Shown: positions 34,020 to 45,397 of the stretch, in pieces
How the letters are laid out: every line of letters starts with the position of its first letter
How positions within the stretch are numbered: the first letter of the stretch is position 1
Source: Nemertoderma westbladi
Taxonomy: Eukaryota; Animalia; Xenacoelomorpha
Assembly (NCBI GenBank): GCA_032718475.1
Contig: JAUCBJ010001630.1
Location: 1-54,753, forward strand
DNA length: 54,753 bases
Reading direction: 5' to 3'
Notes under the pieces: model-generated
Databases searched by the model: none
What the model saw: the letters and a program-made list of their open reading frames with translations, nothing else
Told to the model about the DNA's origin: nothing
Position numbers and translations under genes: made by a program

Positions 34020-34396
34020 TCTATAATAAATTATTGAATTTAACAGTACCGGTACCAACAGGTTGACATTACATCCTATACAGATTATGTTGCATTTCTG
34101 ACTAATATTACTAAAGTTATATCACTAGTCAACTACTGTATGTGTTATTAGTTTGCGATGTATAGGATGTTTCGCAATACCAGTACAACTATATTAGAAT
34201 GATATCGAGAATACTTACTGTACATGTTACGTCTACATCATATTGTTAAATGTGTATGTTAACCTAGCGCAATTGATTCTTTTTTAGATAACTTGTTGTA
34301 AAAATATTATATTTATTATATTTTTATATTAACATCAAGATCATCACCAAAATAAAATTATATTATATCCCATCACATTACAAGCTTAGAGTAAAC

Positions 34397-34969
34397 CTAC
34401 TGTACATCATTCACCACAGTTATTTCTTTCTGTTTATCACCTGTCTCAGTTAATCGCTTCGTTACATACCCTCCAATCCTTTTCGCTGAGCAGTAATTCA
34501 AGCAGCTATCACCATCTTTGTGAAAACTACATTTATCTTCTACAGTAGTTAATTTATCGTGGAAGGGGCATGGAGTTAAATAATTGTAATATAGTCGAAA
34601 TATTCCCAATTTGTTCATCGATTTTGGAGCGTAAACATCAAGTTGGGTATTTAATATTGCGGCTTTCATCAACCCGAATACATATATATTATATTTATTT
34701 TTTAATTGTCTCTTCATGTACTTTTTAAAGTCATCTTGCGAAATGTCACCGTAATCCCAAGGTAAATGCGATGTAATATCATGTAAATTGTTTACGTGGG
34801 CTTCATCTAATGCTGATAAGTTAATATCAGGAGGTCCTTTAATTAAAAACGTCTTTATATTAGTTTTACTGTATTTAGAATCGAATATAGCAAATTCTTT
34901 AAATACTACCGGATATTCCTTATTGTCTATCTTATAATATTGAAAATCAACAAAAATAATATTATCCAT
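34397..34969 (-). CDS. DnaQ/DEDD-fold nuclease-like accessory protein with a Cys/His-rich C-terminus
   Basis: IIFVDFQ...KEFAI...HLPWDYG...IYVFG..K...CPFH...CSFH...C pattern. Confidence 0.6.
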   Translation of the reverse strand: MDNIIFVDFQYYKIDNKEYPVVFKEFAIFDSKYSKTNIKTFLIKGPPDINLSALDEAHVNNLHDITSHLPWDYGDISQDDFKKYMKRQLKNKYNIYVFGLMKAAILNTQLDVYAPKSMNKLGIFRLYYNYLTPCPFHDKLTTVEDKCSFHKDGDSCLNYCSAKRIGGYVTKRLTETGDKQKEITVVNDVQ

Positions 34970-35013
34970 TTTATCGAATAATATATTTAGATAAACAAAA
35001 GTTAAATGATTAA

Positions 35014-35486
35014 TTACAACGCCTGTTGGTTTATTTTATAATAATTAACAAGCCATTTATATAATATTATTTCATTTATTTCCACATTATTTGTAAACGC
35101 TCTCATTGGATAGTTTGTGTGAATTCGATTTACCAAGTAATAAAGACAGTATAACCCGCATGTGGTCTTTCTAGGGTCTTGAAATTGTTTGCGAGTAGTA
35201 CACCACCTTGCTGAATTTTTCTCAAGCCATTTTTCAATACATCTGTTTGGATATTTTGGGCCAAACAAATTAAATAATTCAGCTTCATTATCTCGTATAT
35301 ATATAGCTATCCAATGAACCCCTGGTAGATGCTCTTTATCGGTATTTACTATTACTATATTATATTATTATTTACTATATAGTCTCTTCACTTATTATTA
35401 TCTAATTTAGGTAATTTATTAGATGGAAACGTGCCCAAATAGTGACCACCCACTGGAAACATATCAAGGTCCTCTGTAGATAACAT
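35014..35486 (-). pseudogene. Adenain-like cysteine protease, disrupted (duplicate copy)
   Basis: LGTFPSN...NTD..HLPGVHWIAI...FNLFG...Q...TTCGLYC; internal TGA and frameshift near 35360-35390. Confidence 0.85.
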
Positions 35487-35488
35487 AC

Positions 35489-36270
35489 TTAATCGATATG
35501 TATTTCTTTCCTGCTATTTAAACTTAATGATTGATCATAAATATTAAAAACGATTACATTTATGGTCTCAACCAACGGTTCAGCAAATCTAAATTTTAAT
35601 TGTCCATTAGTATATATCGATGGCTGAGGATCTCTAACATAGCCGTCGGCAGTTAGGTCCCAGGATATGAGTGGGCAATTACCTAAGTAGGTTTCATGGT
35701 CTATATTATTACCTCCATAACCGTTAATATATGTATTAATGTTCTTCATTAATTGTGTATACTCAAAAATGTATGTTCCATCTGTAAAATTAGGCTCGTA
35801 TATTACACCACCTACTGGAAGACCATCTACAATCAGTTCTGCGCATCTAAGGTTAAAATGTTCAAATTTCAAGGGATTACTAGTTAATTCTCCCGAATAT
35901 GCATCATTTATTATAAAACCGATAATAACTAATTTGGGTTTTTTACCATCAAATATGTTTGTTTGGGTGTAATTTGTGGTTTGAGCGGGAATAGTAAATG
36001 TAGTAACTTTTTTTTTTGAAATTGATATTCAATATCGTAACTCTCTAAACCTTTTAGGTGACTGCTTTCTATTACTGGATTAACCTCCATTCTAGGGATT
36101 AGGATCTTTACATCATCTAATTCTAGCCGAAGATTTGTCACAGCGTTTGCGTTTGGAGTGATTTTAAAAATAAACGAATTTGATACTTTTCTAAAATGCA
36201 TTCTTAAATCATACCCGGGTTGTATTATTTTACTTTCAGTATCAAAATCAATCGTCAATCCACTTACAAA
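35489..36270 (-). pseudogene. Duplicated 3' half of the major capsid gene, frameshifted
   Basis: Near-identical to 36746-37531; 1-nt shorter T run and a 3-nt deletion. Confidence 0.9.
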
Positions 36271-36743
36271 TTACAACGCCTGTTGGTTTATTTTATAATA
36301 ATTAACAAGCCATTTATATAATATTATTTCATTTATTTCCACATTATTTGTAAACGCTCTCATTGGATAGTTTGTGTGAATTCGATTTACCAAGTAATAA
36401 AGACAGTATAACCCGCATGTGGTCTTTCTAGGGTCTTGAAATTGTTTGCGAGTAGTACACCACCTTGCTGAATTTTTCTCAAGCCATTTTTCAATACATC
36501 TGTTTGGATATTTTGGGCCAAACAAATTAAATAATTCAGCTTCATTATCTCGTATATATATAGCTATCCAATGAACCCCTGGTAGATGCTCTTTATCGGT
36601 ATTTACTATTACTATATTATATTATTATTTACTATATAGTCTCTTCACTTATTATTATCTAATTTAGGTAATTTATTAGATGGAAATGTGCCCAAATAGT
36701 GACCACCCACTGGAAACATATCAAGGTCCTCTGTAGATAACAT
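36271..36743 (-). pseudogene. Adenain-like cysteine protease, disrupted
   Basis: Same motifs and lesions as 35014-35486; ATG lies 2 nt after the capsid stop. Confidence 0.85.
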
Positions 36744-36745
36744 AC

Positions 36746-38008
36746 TTAATCGATATGTATTTCTTTCCTGCTATTTAAACTTAATGATTGATCATAAATA
36801 TTAAAAACGATTACATTTATGGTCTCAACCAACGGTTCGGCAAATCTAAATTTTAATTGTCCATTAGTATATATCGATGGCTGAGGATCTCTAACATAGC
36901 CGTCGGCAGTTAGGTCCCAGGATATGAGTGGGCAATTACCTAAGTAGGTTTCATGGTCTATATTATTACCTCCATAACCGTTAATGGTGTATGTATTAAT
37001 GTTCTTCATTAATTGTGTATACTCAAAAATGTATGTTCCATCTGTAAAATTAGGCTCGTATATTACACCACCTACTGGAAGACCATCTACAATCAGTTCT
37101 GCGCATCTAAGGTTAAAATGTTCAAATTTCAAGGGATTACTAGTTAATTCTCCCGAATATGCATCATTTATTATAAAACCGATAATAACTAATTTGGGTT
37201 TTTTACCATCAAATATGTTTGTTTGGGTGTAATTTGTGGTTTGAGCGGGAATAGTAAATGTAGTAACTTTTTTTTTTTGAAATTGATATTCAATATCGTA
37301 ACTCTCTAAACCTTTTAGGTGACTGCTTTCTATTACTGGATTAACCTCCATTCTAGGGATTAGGATCTTTACATCATCTAATTCTAGCCGAAGATTTGTC
37401 ACAGCGTTTGCGTTTGGAGTGATTTTAAAATTAAACGAATTTGATACTTTTCTAAAATGCATTCTTAAATCATACCCGGGTTGTATTATTTTACTTTCAG
37501 TATCAAAATCAATCGTCAATCCACTTACAAATTGCATTTGTTTACTAAAGGCATCGCCAATAGGATGCGCGCCGGGATTAATTTCATTTCCGTGTTCGGA
37601 TAAAGGCTGATGAAAGCCGCCTGCCCCCAGTAGCCCATTTTTTGTTTCGTATGTTATAAATAGTAAATTGGATAAGTACGACATGTAGAAATAATCGTTA
37701 TTGCTATTTTCAACCTGCTTCTCATTAAGGTCTATTTTAATATCACTCCACATAGTCCCAGAAGGGTAATTCAACATATAAATATGGGAGTTTTCAAGTC
37801 GTCTATCCCACCGTACAGTACATTTTGTAATTAATAACGCATCTTGCAGTTTCGTATAGAATTCATTGGATCTTGGTACAAGAAACGTGACTTCCCTAGA
37901 TTCGCTTCTGAGATTAGATACCGGGTAAATTGTTTCATAATGCTTTGCTTTAAATTCAGTCTGTATTGGCTGTGTAGAAAATAAATCTAATTCCTTAATA
38001 ATTGACAT
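36746..38008 (-). CDS. Double-jelly-roll major capsid protein, 420 aa, intact
   Basis: ELDLFS..PIQT...YETIYPVSNL N-terminus; PKLVIIGF...AYSG....NP..F.HFNL; DLTAD...G.L..RFAEPL C-terminus typical of Maverick MCP. Confidence 0.9.
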   Translation of the reverse strand: MSIIKELDLFSTQPIQTEFKAKHYETIYPVSNLRSESREVTFLVPRSNEFYTKLQDALLITKCTVRWDRRLENSHIYMLNYPSGTMWSDIKIDLNEKQVENSNNDYFYMSYLSNLLFITYETKNGLLGAGGFHQPLSEHGNEINPGAHPIGDAFSKQMQFVSGLTIDFDTESKIIQPGYDLRMHFRKVSNSFNFKITPNANAVTNLRLELDDVKILIPRMEVNPVIESSHLKGLESYDIEYQFQKKKVTTFTIPAQTTNYTQTNIFDGKKPKLVIIGFIINDAYSGELTSNPLKFEHFNLRCAELIVDGLPVGGVIYEPNFTDGTYIFEYTQLMKNINTYTINGYGGNNIDHETYLGNCPLISWDLTADGYVRDPQPSIYTNGQLKFRFAEPLVETINVIVFNIYDQSLSLNSRKEIHID

Positions 38009-38049
38009 TATTAAAAAATACTTTTTTCGCAGTGTTTCAGTTTGCCTTT

Positions 38050-38574
38050 TTATATTTTTCTATTTTTACTACGACGATCATGTATGTTCATAGACATTGG
38101 TTTGGTTGGTCGCTTTAAATCTCTATAAACTTTTTCTACAACCGATCTTGTTGATGGTTTCATTTTATTTAATGCTTTATTAATAACCGTATTAGCCTGC
38201 TGATGTAAGACCCGCTTACCTTTTGGTATTACATGTTGTCTCATAAATTTTGTGGTAAATGGTAAAGCTTTTTGTAAAACTTTTTTTGCTAATGGCTTTC
38301 CAAATTTTTTCAATGTAGATAAAGCGTCTGTAAATATACCTTCCCCGTGTTGATTTGCCCGCATACCTCTACGATAACGTTGAAATCGACGTTGTTTTAA
38401 ATTTGGACCAAATGCACCAATTTGTTGACCGTAAGGGTCAATATATGAACCACCTCGAAAAACAGGAACTTGCGTCGAGCCTCTCGTACTTCTACCACCT
38501 TTAAAAACAGCAAGATTAGAGTCTGCACCACCATATTGAGGTTTACTGTATCTTTGAAATAAATCGGAATCCAT
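38050..38574 (-). CDS. Basic core/membrane-lytic virion protein with adenain-type cleavage motifs
   Basis: QYGGA, FKGG, FRGGS, QHGEGIF..AL..L..FGKP, Lys/Arg-rich; sits between penton and MCP. Confidence 0.65.
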   Translation of the reverse strand: MDSDLFQRYSKPQYGGADSNLAVFKGGRSTRGSTQVPVFRGGSYIDPYGQQIGAFGPNLKQRRFQRYRRGMRANQHGEGIFTDALSTLKKFGKPLAKKVLQKALPFTTKFMRQHVIPKGKRVLHQQANTVINKALNKMKPSTRSVVEKVYRDLKRPTKPMSMNIHDRRSKNRKI

Positions 38575-38575
38575 T

Positions 38576-39421
38576 TTAATTTATTTTTTTAAAGTGTAAG
38601 GTAATAGAAGTTGTGCCGTATTCAAAATTCAAATCTTTTCCTTCTTTGTCTGTTATTTCAATATGAATGTATGTTATCTTATATGATTTTTTTACAGGGA
38701 TATAATGAATTGTATCCTTGGCAAATTCTTTATTTATTACACTACCATATTTCACGTCATCAGGTATCGCCACGCGACGAAGTAAAGCTAAACCAAAATC
38801 ATTAATATATTCATTTTCAATTATATTAGTAGTCACGTACATGTTTGACTTAGGTTCTGGAATAGAATTGGGTGGTTGAGGACATAAAAATACCATCTGG
38901 TAAGCTTTTTCTTCATTTCCGATAACCTTTATTAAATAACCCTTTATGTTATTTTTCGTCTTCAAAATAATTTTAAAATTTGGATTTAAATTTGCACCGA
39001 GATTATTTTCAGTAATTCCAAAATAATAGGCTAATTGTTGACCTATAAATAACTCTCGTACAGTTTTCCCTAAAATAAATTGCAACCTATTTTGCTGAGT
39101 ATTTTCAACTATTTGTAATTTATCTTTCAACGCCCCAGTGTTAAAATAATCTATAATGTCATTGATACTGTAGAACAAGCAGGATGGAAGTGTATCCTCA
39201 AAATTTTTTTTCCCTTTTTTTAATAAAATAACATTCTCTACATTGTTATACATGGACGGTAACGTGGCTAAGTAAAATATACTTTTTATACCTACCACCC
39301 AGTTTTCGTTTGGATTTATAGGTAAGGCACCATGGAAATTGATCTGATAATTACTACCAGTATTACGGGGAAAATCGATTGGACACGAGTTACTTGGTAG
39401 CCTAACATAGAATTCATCCAT
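38576..39421 (-). CDS. Minor capsid protein (penton) 1, intact
   Basis: FYVRLPSNS....FP.NT.SNY...W.VGI; YVTTNII....LLRRV; YIPV...I.IEITD..G..L.F..G...ITLHFKK. Confidence 0.9.
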   Translation of the reverse strand: MDEFYVRLPSNSCPIDFPRNTGSNYQINFHGALPINPNENWVVGIKSIFYLATLPSMYNNVENVILLKKGKKNFEDTLPSCLFYSINDIIDYFNTGALKDKLQIVENTQQNRLQFILGKTVRELFIGQQLAYYFGITENNLGANLNPNFKIILKTKNNIKGYLIKVIGNEEKAYQMVFLCPQPPNSIPEPKSNMYVTTNIIENEYINDFGLALLRRVAIPDDVKYGSVINKEFAKDTIHYIPVKKSYKITYIHIEITDKEGKDLNFEYGTTSITLHFKKIN

Positions 39422-40285
39422 CTCCACCGCGTATTAACTTAAGTGTTATAACAGTGCGACCACCGTTGAAATTAATTAATTCACCTTGTCCATCACGTAA
39501 AGTAATTAAGATTGTTTTTAGTTTTTTATTCAACAATGGGTAATATTGCAAATGCTCTCGTATTCGTGATTAATATATTTTCGATTTAATTGTGTTAAAG
39601 GACAGGTTCTTAAGAGCGGAGCTAAAGCGTCACCAACAAATGAGCTCTTAATAATATCTGTATATATGAAGATTGTATCTTTATTACGAGTAATATTCGT
39701 AGGATCTGGAAAATCTAAAATCCCAATTTCCGAAATTTTTGGTCCACTATAATTTAAAATTAATATCGGCTGTTCTATATTGCTTAATTCATCCACTGTA
39801 GTGGTACTGTATATATCCCAATTCGGAATACCTGGATGATTCTGATCAAATAACTGTTTTAAGCCTAGAATTTGTATTAAATCACCGCGTAGACTTAATT
39901 GTATTTTTTTCAACTTTTTAGGAAATTTAAATTAAATTCTAGAATTATTTGTATTAAAAATGAATTCGAAATCACTATATTTCGCTTCAGAATTAAACAG
40001 TTTATTTATATCATCAATAATGACTTGAATAGAGCTATGCATACCAGGAAATAAACTGTATAATTTGGCATCTTTTGCATCTACCCCGATTGACAGTGAG
40101 ATTTGAGTTTGCAAAGTAATATTTCTGTATGTTGCTTGATATTGAATCTTGGCAAGTCCAATTTTAACGTTTGAACCAATATATAATTCTTCGGCTAAAT
40201 CAACAGTAAACTCGCTAGGGTTATTATTGGGGTATGTGTTGAATGAGCTATCTGAAACTAGAGTGATATATGTATCTACAGCCAT
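39414..40285 (-). pseudogene. Minor capsid protein (penton) 2, two frameshifts
   Basis: YITLVSDSS...YPNNNPSEF.V.L; IFIYTDII....VGD..APLLR; ITLRDGQGELINFNGGRTVITL; its stop overlaps the penton 1 start. Confidence 0.85.
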
Positions 40286-40424
40286 TATTATTATTATTTA
40301 AGCTCTCTCTGCTTGACTCCATTGTACATACTGTACTGTATAATGTTAAACTATAGACATCTGTGACCACGTTCATTGTTTCTACAGTATATGCGAGAGA
40401 TCAATATTTAAAGCGAATGAACTA

Positions 40425-42343
40425 CAGTCGGGGTCTCAAAGTGCATCTGTTCTTTGAGATTTTCTCAAAGTTTTTCTAAAAGTGTCTAAAAGTCATTACA
40501 TTACTCCCAACGGCCGCTTTGAATTCTTGTAGACACTTTTAGTTGGGAATCTCAAAGTGATTTTCTGCTTTTAGGCACTTTTAATTCTTTGAATTCTTTG
40601 AGAAATGTCACTTTGAGTTAGTTTGCGGCACTTTGAATTCTTTGAGAAAATAAACGCCGAGGTATTCCTGATTGACAGCTCGTGGTAAGTTAACAGATGC
40701 AGAGCCATTCTCGGGGAACAATATCATGCAGGCAACAAAGTGATACTTGTGTGCTGGAAGCTATTCGCTTATTTGTTGCCTAGAAGCTATTCCCATTAAT
40801 TTATCATATTGAGGTTCCTGAGGTCATTACGGGATGGGTTTTAGGTCGCAAGTACAAATTGAATTTACGGCGCCCTAAAGTCTTTCTAAAAAACATTCTT
40901 AAAAATCAAATAATACATGAAACATAATTAGTGAAACAAGATTAATGCTTGACAAGATTGATTATTTTAATAACATAATACAATATCAGATTAACAATTA
41001 ATATAAGAGAAACTTCTCTGTAGTTTCTCTGTGTATACGCAGTTTCATTATAATGACCTAAAGAAGCCCTGTTGGGAGAAAGCTTGTAATAACATTTGTT
41101 ATTCATTTCATTAGTCACCTCAGGTCAAACCGTACTACCTTAACTGTTTAATTAATATGATAACTATGTTGACGAGAGCGTGAGAATTCCTTCTTAAAAA
41201 CTAAGAAAGGCTTTCAACTTTCAATTAAGATAGAACGGCTACAATCTTTTGTTGTTTTAGCCTAATAGAGATATTGAAATATCCCCTGCCCCTGGCGTTT
41301 ATATTTGAGCATAATTTAAATGTTTGCCTCATATTCAATTGATGTGTACCGCCTTCTGGCAAAGCGGCACCCAGTTTAAACTATCAATCACAGCTAGTAA
41401 GTAGCGACCCACGGTCGGCGACCTTCAAACAAACAGGTGCAGAGTCGGAAAGAACTGTCACATGCTTTGCTTGGCTTGTGGTACCATTTGATTACATAAT
41501 AGATTTTGGCAGACTGGGCGGTCGCTCTGACCATATGCACTGCGCATCTACAATGCCTAAAACATCTATGGGAACAGCCAATTAGTGCGCTTGAATCATT
41601 TATCTTTATTCCTGCCTCTATCGTTATTCTTTACTTTGTATAACACAATTTACAGTGCGGCAAAGAATGGCTGGTTGACCATTGAAATGCATTGGTAAGG
41701 GAATTCGGCTTTCACGTGGGCTAAACAAATTTAAACAGTACAGTTTTAGCACTATACATTAATATAGATAGGGCAATAGACAAACTATCTATGACACAAA
41801 TACCAACACATTCCGATTGCCCGCAATTATGGCGTCTCTAAAGAGTCAAAATATAAATTAATAAAATCCTCTATGAAACAATAAAAATACCTCCAAAAAA
41901 TACTGCTGTATTAAATATTAGTTACTGCAGTAACAAATATTTATTACTGCAATAATCAATATTAATAATTTAATAAATAATTGAATAAAATTTTATACTG
42001 CAGTGACAAATTATTTGTTATTGCAGAAAAAGACAATTTTTTATTACTGCAGTAATAATTAATTCTTACTTTCAGTAACAAATATTTATTACTGCAGTAT
42101 TTTTTGGAGGCATCTTTATTGTTTCATAGAGGTTTTTATTACTTATATTTTACCCTATAGTCAAAGTCAATATACACCATTCCATAGCCAGCTTCAGGCA
42201 GGACTGTATGAAATGACTGACAGTACTACTTTGAAATCTTTGAGGACACTTTGTCATTTTCTTAGACCACTTTTAGAACTTTGAGACACTTTTAGTTCTT
42301 TGAGAAAATCTCAAAGAACAGATGCACTTTGAGACCCCGACTG
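40425..42343. mobile_element. Non-autonomous Tc1/mariner-type TIR element, 1919 bp, TA TSD
   Basis: TIR CAGTCGGGGTCTCAAAGTGCATCTGTTCTTTGAGATTTTCTCAAAG at both ends; paralogous empty site GAACTATAGATATT near 42557. Confidence 0.9.
41837..42160. mobile_element. Small nested foldback/MITE-like element
   Basis: Imperfect inverted arms (CCTCTATGAAACAATAAA / TTTATTGTTTCATAGAGG) around TTACTGCAGT repeats. Confidence 0.6.
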
Positions 42344-42636
42344 TATAGATATTAGACTTACAGCATAGTAATATCATTCGAGTCAATATTGATTAATTAC
42401 GATCATATGTGACCATTATTCGCTTAAGCTCTCTCTACTTGACTCCTTATACATACTGTATAATGTTAAATTATAGACATCTGTCACCGCGTTCATTACC
42501 GCTTCTACAGTATATGCGAGGGATCAATATTTTACTGGCTTTATTTAAAGCGAATGAACTATAGATATTAGACTTACAGTATAGTATAGTAATATCATTC
42601 GAGTTAATATTGATTAATTACGGTCATATGTGACCA

Positions 42637-43764
42637 TTATTCACGCAATGAATTAATATACAGTATAAACCTAAACTTTTGAATATGCTGTACCCACGAC
42701 TGTTTTTTGGATCCAATGAATCGGACTAAATATTCTTTTTTCCCATTGCGCACACGTTCTTTAAGTTTGCCAATATTTTTATCAATCGGAAGATAAATAT
42801 TACTACTCGGGTGGACCTTTTGGAGTTCGTATGAATAAAATGAACCATTTATTATAGCACCAGCGCTGTCCTTAATATTGAACATTACCGCTGGTACTCT
42901 ATCCAATCTGACCCAATGAATAATAAATAATTCACGTGTCCATTGTTCTCGATAGCCTTTAGCAAAAGCAGTACGCGCGATAGATAAACGTACTGTATCT
43001 CCAACTTGAAATTTTATTTTCTTGTGATTAATCTGTCTATATTTCCCATATAATCTATTAATTAATTCAGTTTCATTAAATTTATTAACTTCAATGGGAG
43101 TCATTTGTATAGTCCTATGAAATGACCTATTATAAGCAAAAATAAGCTTCGGTAAAATTTTTATCCAAACATTATTTCCCCGTTGCGTGAAAATTTTGAA
43201 CATCTTTGTTTTTAATGTTCTATTGAATCTCTCGACAATAGCCGCCTTATTCACAGAGTACATTACGTAATAACGTACACCAATAGTATCTAAATATTTT
43301 CTTACAGATTTATTTAGAAACTCAGACCCTTGATCAGTCGCGATTCTGTTTGGTTTACCTTTCTGGAATATTTTTTGCAATATACTAATAATTTCAATAC
43401 CTGTTTTTGTCTTCATACCATAGGCAAAAGCAAGCCGGCTAAAGGCATCAATACATGTTAATATATAGTTATAATTATTATTTTGTGATTTATATTGCTG
43501 CATATCCACCAGATCTATCATATATATATCTTTTAACCCTCCCGTAAATATTTTAGATGTTGGATAATGATGTCTACGTGGTGCGTGAAGGGAGTATGTC
43601 TTTTGCCTGCTCAACCATTTCTGAGCTTGAGATGGTTTGATGTTTGCGGCTTTTGCTAATTTTGCGATACTTGCAAAACCCGCAGGCGATGAAGGATCTA
43701 AATAAATTCTTAACAGTTTTTTGTCTAAGCTTCGGCTTAAAATCGGTTTCATCTTGCGTGGCAT
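42637..43764 (-). CDS. int: Maverick retroviral-like (rve) integrase with C-terminal chromodomain-like segment, intact
   Basis: YLDPSSPAGF, DLVDM / TDQGSEF / ERFNRTLK DDE triad, KFQVGDTVR...FAKGY...WT.E.F, YLVRFIG...SWV. Confidence 0.92.
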   Translation of the reverse strand: MPRKMKPILSRSLDKKLLRIYLDPSSPAGFASIAKLAKAANIKPSQAQKWLSRQKTYSLHAPRRHHYPTSKIFTGGLKDIYMIDLVDMQQYKSQNNNYNYILTCIDAFSRLAFAYGMKTKTGIEIISILQKIFQKGKPNRIATDQGSEFLNKSVRKYLDTIGVRYYVMYSVNKAAIVERFNRTLKTKMFKIFTQRGNNVWIKILPKLIFAYNRSFHRTIQMTPIEVNKFNETELINRLYGKYRQINHKKIKFQVGDTVRLSIARTAFAKGYREQWTRELFIIHWVRLDRVPAVMFNIKDSAGAIINGSFYSYELQKVHPSSNIYLPIDKNIGKLKERVRNGKKEYLVRFIGSKKQSWVQHIQKFRFILYINSLRE

Positions 43765-43985
43765 CTTTTCGACAACCGCAAGTAATATGTATATTCAAAT
43801 CTCTTATAAAGGGCATCACCGTAAAAACAGCTGAAATTTTTTTATTTTCTTTGAAGTTGATGTTTTGAAGGGTTTTATTTTTGTAGTATTTACTCTAGGT
43901 ATATCTTGAGGTTTTAAATCAGTAGCTAACGGTTTACTCGATACTAAATATAATTTTCTAAATGTTACTCCCGTTTTAACCATTA

Positions 43986-44369
43986 TTACCGTCCGTGGTT
44001 AATTTTTTTCGCAATAGCCGCTCCAGCGGCGGTGGCACCAGCGCTCGCGGCGATTTTCGCACCATTGCCGAGTAAGGGTATTAGAAACGGTAGTATGCCT
44101 CCAGATTGATTGGTTAACTTTTTTCTGTAACTTTATATATTTTTTGTTTTGTGGTTGAGCGATTTTAATACCTTTTTATAACGACGAATATTTCTAAATG
44201 AATGAGGGGTCAATTGTACATTACCTTTTAGAACATTTAATGCGGTATTTACAATGAGCCGTATTAATTCGTTACTCGCGGTATGGTTAATAAAATAAGT
44301 TCTTTGTTGAGGGGTAGCGCTGCGTAGAAATTCCAATTTGTTACGATATTTCTGCTCAAGTCTATTCAT
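43986..44369 (-). pseudogene. Small basic Maverick core protein with QSGG cleavage site, one internal stop
   Basis: LI..IVN.ALNVLKGNV.L...YKKVLKSL...(stop)...KKLTNQSGGILPFLIPLL. Confidence 0.7.
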
Positions 44370-44402
44370 TGTTGCAACATTATTGAAAATTGTTACAAAA
44401 TA

Positions 44403-45397
44403 TTAATTATTATTATTATTATTATTATTATTTTCGCTACGTTTATAGTCAATGTAATTTTTAATATAACAATTATGATTACGAAATATATCCGATCTAA
44501 ATCTTAAATGTTCGGGTGTTTCCTGTCGTAAATCAATTAAGAAATACGAAAATGGTTTAATAGTCGCATCTTGATAGGAATCTATTAAAAATTTGGTCTG
44601 CCCTGGTAACATCTGCTTCGCGAAATTTAAAACCGATAAACTGTCTCGTGGATTTTTCATTAATACTAAGGTATTATTTGATTGATCTTGTTATTGATAT
44701 TGTTATCTTGTTATTATCTATTAATTGATCTTGTGCGGTTATGCTTCCCACCGTAAAACATGTTTTGCGTTATGAAACAAATAAATATATTGGAATGGTG
44801 AGCAACCTTAGTAAACAATACAGTTAAGGCTGTACTAGACTCAGTTTCTGTTAATAAATCTAAATTATTAAATTATAAAAATTAATAAATCTCGACTATT
44901 CACTAAACTATCTATATTTTCAGGCAAACCTTTGTAAAGGTGAGTAATACCAGGAATAGTCGGGGGATTGCTCCCGTAACAATACAATACTCGTAGTAGA
45001 GGGTCGTTGAAGCAGCTATTCTTGTGTTTAATTAAATTACCAACAAATGTAGACTTTCCGGAACCAGACGGGCCAGAAATTATCATACTCGTTCCCATTT
45101 GAAAGTTTAAATTATATGGACCTGAATTAAAGTAAAAAAAAAAGCAAACAGTCGGCCGAAGCCAGAGGCGACCCGAAGGCTCCTCTTTCGATAGCTGCTA
45201 CCCGAGGGTAGGGGTGGGCGCTACTCCTATCCCAAGATTTGCTCCCAGTTATTTAACTGGTACTCATTTTATCGACCCCAGTGGATGAAAGGCTGAGTGG
45301 ACCCTGGCGGGGCTGAACCTACAACCAATAGATTGCAGGCCCGGCTCAACCAACTGAGCTACCCCGCCTTTAATTAATGTAAATTAAAGTCAGCCAT
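44403..45397 (-). pseudogene. A32/FtsK-like genome-packaging ATPase, disrupted
   Basis: Walker A GPSGSGKS, FTKVAHH...ITQNMF, KNPRD, PFSYFLIDL; frameshifts plus SINE insertion; reconstructed start MADFNSGPYNLNFQMG. Confidence 0.9.
45134..45381 (-). mobile_element. tRNA-derived SINE with Deu/Nin-like core and RTE-like tail, 9-bp TSD
   Basis: GGCGGGGTAGCTCAGTTGG A-box, GGTTCAGCCCC B-box, CTCAGCCTTTCATCC..GGGGTCGATAAAATGAGTACC core, T-rich tail; AATTAAAGT repeated at 45125-45133 and 45382-45390. Confidence 0.8.

Noticed and set aside
45300-45370. Functional tRNA gene
   Set aside because: Imperfect cloverleaf, joined to SINE body and tail and flanked by a TSD
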